The notes beneath the pieces were generated by a model. The model had not been told where the DNA came from. It searched no databases and saw only the letters and a program-made list of their open reading frames with translations. A stretch of DNA of 64,000 nt, taken from NCBI GenBank assembly GCA_963700145.1, contig OY969474.1, positions 3,264,001 to 3,328,000 of the forward strand, in the 5' to 3' direction. Source of the stretch: an uncultured Acidobacteriota bacterium. GTDB taxonomy: Bacteria; Acidobacteriota; Thermoanaerobaculia; Multivoradales; UBA5704. This document shows, piece after piece, positions 58,184-64,000 of this stretch (within the stretch, counting starts at the first letter, position 1; each line of letters begins with the position of its first letter). A program made the translations under genes and the position numbers.

Positions 58184-59140
58184 ATGGACAGACAGAGCGC
58201 CGTCCCCGAGACCCTGGTAGGAGCCATCCGGTACTTCACAGACCCGGACGTTTGCCTCGCCTTCGTCGCTGGCCTCAGGTGGCCCGATGGGCGGGTGACT
58301 TGCCCGAGCTGCCAGGGGACGGAGCATTCCTTTCTGAGCACCCGCCGCCTGTGGAAGTGCCGCGGCTGCAAGCGGCAATTCTCGGTCAAGATCGGGACCA
58401 TTTTCGAGGACTCGCCGATTGGTCTGGACAAATGGCTGCCGGCGCTCTGGATGGTCGTGAACTGCAAGAACGGCATCAGCAGCTACGAGATTGCCCGCGC
58501 GCTCGGCGTGACTCAGAAAACCGGCTGGTTCATGGCGCACCGCATTCGCCTTGCGATGCAGTCCGGCAGCTTCGACAAGATGCGCGGCGAGGTCGAAGTG
58601 GATGAAACCTTTATCGGGGGTCGCGCCCGCTTCATGCACAAGAGCAAGCGCGCTCGGAAGATCAAGGGTCGCGGCCCGATGGGGAAGGTTGCGGTTATGG
58701 GGCTGCTTGAGCGGCACGGCGACGACGGCCACAGCCGCGTCCGTACCCGCGTCGTCCCCAACGTCAAGCGGAAGACTCTCGCGCCGGAAGTGCGGCAGCA
58801 CGTCGAGCCCGGCTCCGAAGTGTTTACCGATTCCCTCCGCTCCTACAGCGAGCTGGCGTCTGACTACGTGCATGGCGTCATCGACCACGCCGAGTGCTAC
58901 GTCGAGGGGAAGATTCATACCAACGGCCTGGAGAACTTCTGGAGCCTGCTCAAGCGCGGGATCAAGGGAACCTACGTGAGTGTCGAGCCGTTCCACCTGC
59001 ATCGCTACCTCGACGAGCAAGCCTTCCGCTTCAACAAGCGGAGAGGGACCGACGGCTGGCGCTTCCTGCAAGCCGCCGCTGGTATCATCGGCAAGCGCCT
59101 GATGTACCGCGAGCTGATCGGCGACTTTGCGACGACGTGA
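58184..59140 (+). CDS. IS1595-family DDE transposase
   Basis: RWPDG..CPSC..C..C.RQFSVK.GTIFE, VEVDETFIGG, TD...Y, HTN..ENFWS.LKR, YLDE..FRFN. Confidence 0.95.
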   Translation: MDRQSAVPETLVGAIRYFTDPDVCLAFVAGLRWPDGRVTCPSCQGTEHSFLSTRRLWKCRGCKRQFSVKIGTIFEDSPIGLDKWLPALWMVVNCKNGISSYEIARALGVTQKTGWFMAHRIRLAMQSGSFDKMRGEVEVDETFIGGRARFMHKSKRARKIKGRGPMGKVAVMGLLERHGDDGHSRVRTRVVPNVKRKTLAPEVRQHVEPGSEVFTDSLRSYSELASDYVHGVIDHAECYVEGKIHTNGLENFWSLLKRGIKGTYVSVEPFHLHRYLDEQAFRFNKRRGTDGWRFLQAAAGIIGKRLMYRELIGDFATT

Positions 59141-59176
59141 GGCACCGGAAGGACGCGGCAAGCGGAGGAAGAAACG

Positions 59177-59353
59177 ATGAAAGCCAAGCGCGAGGAGCCG
59201 GAGCGACCGCCGCCGGGACAGACGCCGTTCGAGAGGTTCACGGAGTTTGCCCGGCGGATTATCGCCGTTCCGAAGTCAGAGGTCGCGGAGCGGGAGCGCG
59301 AGTACCGCGAGGGGAGGGCGGCGGGGCGAACGCGCACGCCTAGATCCCCATAA
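59177..59353 (+). CDS. 58-aa ORF downstream of the transposase; not in the ORF track
   Basis: GGAGG RBS; MKAKREE..PFERFTEFARRIIAVPKSEV. Confidence 0.55.
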   Translation: MKAKREEPERPPPGQTPFERFTEFARRIIAVPKSEVAEREREYREGRAAGRTRTPRSP

Positions 59354-59711
59354 CGGCGGTAACGAAGTCTCGCACCTTCGCCTCCACCGCCTCCGTCGTC
59401 AGCGCCTCAAAGGAATACCGCTCATCCAGGTTCGGGAGGGTCGAGGAACAGACGGCCTCCCGCTTCTCCCGGTCCAAGTCGAAAGACAAGCTGTGCTTGC
59501 TTTCGACGTTGAGATAGATGCCGCCGTTCTTGCTCCCGGTCTGTCCCCCGATCTTCTTCGCCAGCGGCTCGACGGCTTCGTGGAACACGGCGCGGATGAC
59601 GGCTTTCTTCTGGCTCCAAAGCGCGTCTAGGGTCCGGGCCTCCTCGTCGCGCCTCCTCCGCGCGTCGAGCCCAACGTCGAGCAGCCGAGCTATGTCTTCC
59701 TTGAAGCTCAT
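59340..59711 (-). CDS. Hypothetical protein (transposon cargo)
   Basis: 123 aa; starts 3 nt after the RHH gene stop. Confidence 0.65.
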   Translation of the reverse strand: MSFKEDIARLLDVGLDARRRRDEEARTLDALWSQKKAVIRAVFHEAVEPLAKKIGGQTGSKNGGIYLNVESKHSLSFDLDREKREAVCSSTLPNLDERYSFEALTTEAVEAKVRDFVTAVMGI

Positions 59712-59714
59712 CTT

Positions 59715-59921
59715 CTAGTCCTCCACTCCTAGATACTCCCGCAGCGCCGCCCGCATGATGTCTGACTCTGAGCGGCGCTCCTTGTAGGCCCGCTCCCGCA
59801 GCGCCTCCGATTCGTCCTCGTGCAGCCATAGCGTCTTCCGCACCATCCCCGACTTCGTGACGGTCGTGAGGCCGCCGCGCGGCCCCTGGGGCTCTTTGGG
59901 CGCTGGTCTCTTTCGTGGCAT
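59715..59921 (-). CDS. Ribbon-helix-helix regulator (copy 1)
   Basis: RKTLWLHEDESEALRERAYKERRSESDIMRAALREYLGVED. Confidence 0.75.
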   Translation of the reverse strand: MPRKRPAPKEPQGPRGGLTTVTKSGMVRKTLWLHEDESEALRERAYKERRSESDIMRAALREYLGVED

Positions 59922-59945
59922 GCGCCGGAGCGTAGTTACGTCGGT

Positions 59946-59974
59946 TTGACGTACATGCGTCGTTACGCTAGTCT
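59946..59974 (+). promoter_or_regulatory. sigma70 promoter for the symE-like operon, overlapping an inverted repeat
   Basis: TTGACG-17 nt-TAGTCT; tacgtc-N5-gacgta dyad over the -35. Confidence 0.55.
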
Positions 59975-60102
59975 CCCCATCCTCACGACCAGGAGAGGAG
60001 GTGGGAGACCCGGACGGATGCGCGAGCAAGCGCCCGGCAGGAAGGGAGAGGGGGCGCAGCGCTACCTGCGCCCCTGCTTCCTCTCCTCTCTCACAAATTG
60101 CC

Positions 60103-60300
60103 ATGAAAGACAAGCTCATTGCCGTTACCGACTACTACCAAGGGAGGGGGGTGCGGGTGCCGATGATCCGGCTCCGTGGGCGATGGCTGGCGCGGGCAGG
60201 ATTCGAGCAAGGTCAGCGCGTGCGCGTCGAGCTGCTGGACGGGCTGCTGGTCCTCATCCCGCTGCCGCCCGATCCCTCGCGGGAGGAACCCCATGTCTAG
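60103..60300 (+). CDS. symE: SymE-family toxin-like protein
   Basis: VPMIRLRGRWL..AGF..G..V.V....G.LV. Confidence 0.75.
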   Translation: MKDKLIAVTDYYQGRGVRVPMIRLRGRWLARAGFEQGQRVRVELLDGLLVLIPLPPDPSREEPHV

Positions 60301-60601
60301 GTGGAATCCCGGTCCTACGCAGACCGCCATGTGCGCCCTCGCCGAGGAGCTGGTGAGAATCCGGGAGACGATCCGGGCGCTGGCACACGCGATCCCGGAG
60401 TCAGACAACCCGGAGGGCGCGCCCCCGACGATGGCGCTAGAGCTGAGCGGAATCGCGCTCGGCGCCATCGAGTCCTTAGACGCGGCGGTCGGGGAACTGA
60501 GAGAGGGGGCGATGATCACGCCCGCCGGTCTCCGCGAGGAGTGGGAACGGTCGCGGACCAAGGACCGCCTAGTGACGGCTCTTGTGCGAGCGCGGCTGTA
60601 G
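60293..60601 (+). CDS. Hypothetical helical protein coupled to the symE-like gene
   Basis: GGAGG RBS; overlaps the upstream stop; 102 aa. Confidence 0.6.
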   Translation: MSRWNPGPTQTAMCALAEELVRIRETIRALAHAIPESDNPEGAPPTMALELSGIALGAIESLDAAVGELREGAMITPAGLREEWERSRTKDRLVTALVRARL

Positions 60602-60604
60602 GCG

Positions 60605-60793
60605 CTAGTCCTCGATCCCCAGGAATGCGCGCACAGCCCGCCGCATAACCTCCGCCTTGCTGCATCGCTCTTTCCGCGCGTAGCGGATCAGTGCCTCTTC
60701 CTCGTCGCCGTGGAGGTAGGTCACTTCCCGGAAGAGTCCACGCCCCGTATCCGGCTCCCGGTCCTTGAATCGGTCCTCCTCGTCGCTCTTCAT
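60605..60793 (-). CDS. Ribbon-helix-helix regulator (copy 2)
   Basis: TYLHGDEEEALIRYARKERCSKAEVMRRAVRAFLGIED; paralog of 59715-59921. Confidence 0.72.
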   Translation of the reverse strand: MKSDEEDRFKDREPDTGRGLFREVTYLHGDEEEALIRYARKERCSKAEVMRRAVRAFLGIED

Positions 60794-60878
60794 CCCGAGC
60801 AGGATACGGACCGCTGTACGATACTCTGTGCCAGACTGGTCTACCGTGGTCTACTCGACCCGGAAGGGAGACGGCCCC

Positions 60879-61418
60879 ATGCCCCGCCAGCTTCACAGGA
60901 TCATCCCCGCGCTAGGAGCTGCCGTTGTGGCGTCGAGCCTAGCGGCGCAGGCGCCCGCCACCATCCCGGTAGACCGGCCGATCGGCGCTGAGCATCGCGC
61001 CTGGATCGTGTTCAAGGACGGCGGCCGGGTCGCCTCCGTCGGCGAATGGCGGATCAAGCCGCCGCTCCTCATCTTCCACGGCGACACCGGAACCCTCCTT
61101 TCGGCGCGACTGGACGCTCTTGACTTCGAGGCAACGCGTCGGCTCAACGGCATTCCGCCACCGCTCCCCACGGCCGCCGTCGAACTCCAGTTCAAGGAGC
61201 ACAAGCTGACGCCGCAGGAAGAGTGGGAGATTCGGCGAGAGGCGCAGGCGAACGTGTTCATTGAAAACAGCCCGACTCCTGAGCAGCGCGTAGAGCGCGC
61301 CCTGCGGCAGCGTGCAGCGAGGAAGCTGGGGGAGGAGTTAGGGTGCATTCTGCGCGCGCAGGGCGGGCTAGAGCGGGAAATTTGCCGGCTGCGGGTGGAG
61401 ATTGCATATCGGCCCTAG
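60879..61418 (+). CDS. Putative secreted hypothetical protein (cargo)
   Basis: GGGAG RBS; signal-like ALGAAVVASSLAA. Confidence 0.6.
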   Translation: MPRQLHRIIPALGAAVVASSLAAQAPATIPVDRPIGAEHRAWIVFKDGGRVASVGEWRIKPPLLIFHGDTGTLLSARLDALDFEATRRLNGIPPPLPTAAVELQFKEHKLTPQEEWEIRREAQANVFIENSPTPEQRVERALRQRAARKLGEELGCILRAQGGLEREICRLRVEIAYRP

Positions 61419-61424
61419 CTCGGG

Positions 61425-62357
61425 CTAGGCGAATTCCGCAAGCGACTGCATGAAGTCCCGTACAGCGCCCCAGGCCCGCTCTGCCCGCGCAGAGTCGTAC
61501 GGCTCGCGCGTGTGAATCACGTAGGTCCGCCAAGCGTGTTTGAAGTGGCGGAATTGACTTGCGGCCTCGGAGTAGCGCTGTAGCTGTTCATTCCTCTCCT
61601 TGCTCTTCGCGGTCTCCTCTAGCCTGCGGATCGCTCCTTGGATGGCGTTCAGGATTTCGCCCCAGTTCTCGACCTCAAGATCATGCTTCATTGTCACGCC
61701 AAGATGCCCCGCGAAGCGATGCAGCCCATGCTCTAGGACGCGCATCAGGTGGAAAACGCACGCGGTCCACTGGTCGAGCGCAAGACAGCGACCCGCGGCG
61801 GCGATATCGTCCGCCACGTCGGGGAATCGGTCGTCCACGGCTTCGCCGAAAAGAGCGCCGGAGCTCATCTTGTCGGCGTGCGCGGACGTGAGAGAGTAAA
61901 AACGATGCGTCGTTAGCTCCGCCAGCAACCCGTGGCGCACCTGGGAAAGGATGGCGATCGCGTATCCGTTGCTGACCTCGCTCCCGTCGAGTGACAGTCG
62001 CTCGGCAGCGCGGAATTGACCCTTGAAGTTAGGGGAGATAGGAATCTCCGCCTCGATGATCCGCTCCTTGAGCTTCGCTAAAGCCTTCTGGATTCCGCGC
62101 TCGGCGCCGGGCCAGCCCTCATCGTCGCCTGGGAACTCGGCGCCGGCCGCCAAGACCCTGACCTTCTGCTCGGCGACCATGAAGTTGTTGAACGCCTCGA
62201 AGAACTGAGCCGCGTGGAAACGGAGCATGTCGTACAGGCTCCAGACCCGGTACGGCTCCCGAACCCACGGGGCGAGATTGCAACCGGAGGGGAAGCCGCC
62301 CGCCCCCTCCTCTGCGGTGGCGGGCTGACAGGCAGGGGGGGCGCTACCCGGCAGCAT
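61425..62357 (-). CDS. HEPN-like protein (cargo)
   Basis: A.RCLA....TACVFHLMRVLE.GL, NWG.IL, FK.AWRTYVIH (Rx4H); the true start may be 62228. Confidence 0.65.
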   Translation of the reverse strand: MLPGSAPPACQPATAEEGAGGFPSGCNLAPWVREPYRVWSLYDMLRFHAAQFFEAFNNFMVAEQKVRVLAAGAEFPGDDEGWPGAERGIQKALAKLKERIIEAEIPISPNFKGQFRAAERLSLDGSEVSNGYAIAILSQVRHGLLAELTTHRFYSLTSAHADKMSSGALFGEAVDDRFPDVADDIAAAGRCLALDQWTACVFHLMRVLEHGLHRFAGHLGVTMKHDLEVENWGEILNAIQGAIRRLEETAKSKERNEQLQRYSEAASQFRHFKHAWRTYVIHTREPYDSARAERAWGAVRDFMQSLAEFA

Positions 62358-62403
62358 AGGCCGCCCCCTGCCGGTGAGTCAAGTATATTGTTGCCATACA
62401 ATG

Positions 62404-63825
62404 GGCCTCACGGGGTCCATCACCGCGACGACCTGGACGCCCGTCAGCTTCATTAGGACGGCTCCCGGTAGCGGCTCTTATCCGTACCTCACGATCAATG
62501 TAGAAAACCTGTTGAACGCCAACGACGGTACGAAGACCTCCTACGGCCAAGTTGACAACGTCTGCATCCGGGAACTGGACTTCACGGCGGCCGCCGTCTG
62601 CCAGGGCCAGCCGACCAACTTCAGCAGCAACGCGACCAGCGCGACATCTTGGAACTGGAACTTCGGGGACAGTACGAGCTCCAATCAGCAAAACCCGACG
62701 CACTCTTACGCCAGCGCCGGCACGTACAACGTGACGCTATGCGTCAACGGAACGACGAGCTGCGTCACGAAGCCGGTGACGGTCAACCCGAGACCGCCCG
62801 CCCCCGTGATTGTCGGCCCGAACAACCTTTGCAATGGGTTGACGACGACCTATTCCGTTGCGGCCGTGAGCGGTGTCACCTATGCATGGACTGTCACCAA
62901 TGGCACGATCATCGGCTCCTCGACGGGCAGCAGCGTCAACGTCACCTGGAACTCCACGGGTGGGGGCTTTATCTCCGTAACCACGACGAATCCGCAGAAG
63001 TGTTCGTCGAGCACCAGAATGAAGGTCTTCGATTGCAAGGTATGGCTGGATAAGTGCTGCGACGCGATAAAGCTGGACGCGAAAGCGCCGCCGGCCGTGC
63101 ACGCCGGGAGCAACGTCTACAGCTTGACGCCGACGCTGACCATCGTTCCGGCCCAGCTCGTCCTTCGCGTGGTGGCCAACGTCATCAGCACGGAGCAGAC
63201 ATTCTCGAGCGCGTCCTGCGGGACGAACGGCCCCGTGAGCAGTCACGTTGTCAGCGCCTCAACGGTTGCTGGTTTCGCTTCTCCCTCGCTGCCAGTGGCT
63301 TTCAGCCATGAGGTCATCTGGTCTGGTTCCGGCACGAGCCTCGGCCTCGGGTTGGCGTTCCCATTCCAGATCCAGTTCCCGCCCCCTCCTGCGCCCATAG
63401 GGTGCTCCGACACTCTGAAGTTCTGTGTGAAGTACACGCTCACCACCTCGACCTGCCGGTCGTGCGAGATCATCCGGTGCTACAGCATCGTGCGCCAGAA
63501 AAAAATCATCTGGGACGATCCCGCCCTCGAAAAGGGATTCGTCAAGGTCGGCAAGCCGTTCACGATCGGGGTGGAGCTCGAGACGCACGAAGGCGTGCGC
63601 CGCCCAGGCCCATTGACCCTTGGCATCAAGCCCGGCACGGGCGCACGGGGCGCGCGTCTGGCGGGACGGACGACAGCCGAAGTGATCGAAGGCAGGGCGA
63701 CCTTCAGCAACATCTCCATCGATCAGGTCGGCCAGGGCTACGTACTGATGGTGAGCGGCCCCGGCCTCACCGATCCGATCGAGAGTGACCCCTTCGACGT
63801 GTCGCAAGACGTGCGGCAGCGTTGA
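62404..63825 (+). pseudogene. 3' part of the interrupted PKD-domain secreted protein
   Basis: WNWNFGD..S..QNPTHSY..AGTYNVTL PKD motif, PKD-like Y.WTV..G, C-terminal Ig-like G.ATF.N.SI..G.GY.L. Confidence 0.88.
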
Positions 63826-63851
63826 AGACCCCGCACGCCGCGGGAGGGGGG

Positions 63852-64000
63852 CTAGGCTTCGTCCGCCTCCCGCGCCTGCTCAGTGAGGATCGTCAGCCGG
63901 TTGTCCACCATCTGGGCGAAGCCGCCCTCCACGTGCAGCTTGTGGTTGCCCGCCGGCGACTGCACCCGCAGCTCCCCCTTGCCGAGCTTGTAGAGCAGCG
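63852..64000 (-). CDS. atpC: F0F1 ATP synthase epsilon subunit, 3' end only
   Basis: LLYKLGKGELRV..HVEGGFAQMVDNRLTILTEQA. Confidence 0.8.
   Translation of the reverse strand, partial: LLYKLGKGELRVQSPAGNHKLHVEGGFAQMVDNRLTILTEQAREADEA

Larger units (their letters stand above)
58135..62395 (+). mobile_element. IS1595-family transposon with passenger genes, 4,261 bp
   Basis: TIR GGCAACAATATACTTGAC (18/18) at both ends; 8-bp TSD ATACAATG at 58127-58134 and 62396-62403. Confidence 0.95.

Overview
High-GC bacterial window. The gene content and a duplicated 'FWFF..N.ELVVK.LD' surface domain suggest Acidobacteriota, class Thermoanaerobaculia (inference). The backbone carries yvcK-glmS, SGNH hydrolases, GT-C-like membrane proteins, an SxtJ/carbamoyltransferase/DUF5989/SGNH cassette, three GGDEF proteins, a TonB-dependent receptor, an OPT transporter, mpl, ftcD and the 3' end of atpC. 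Accessory slots interrupt it at about 6.5-7.7, 10.2-11.7, 30.9-41.6 and 56.5-63.9 kb; they are rich in toxin-antitoxin modules (many toxins broken) and HEPN-like or nuclease genes. Main observations: (1) a 4,261-bp IS1595-family transposon with seven passenger ORFs, bounded by 18-bp perfect TIRs and an 8-bp TSD, splits a PKD-domain secreted protein gene; (2) two independent loci show an A-cargo1-B'A'-cargo2-B architecture, where decayed copies of both flanking host genes lie between two cargoes; (3) a 13-unit, strictly 21-bp-period array of quasi-palindromes; (4) several long hairpin/REP-like elements, one with visibly skewed flanks; (5) a three-gene island encoding a fibre-like and an annexin-like protein. 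No rRNA, tRNA, CRISPR-cas, reverse transcriptase or integrase was seen. All calls come from reading the sequence and the ORF track; no database search was run.
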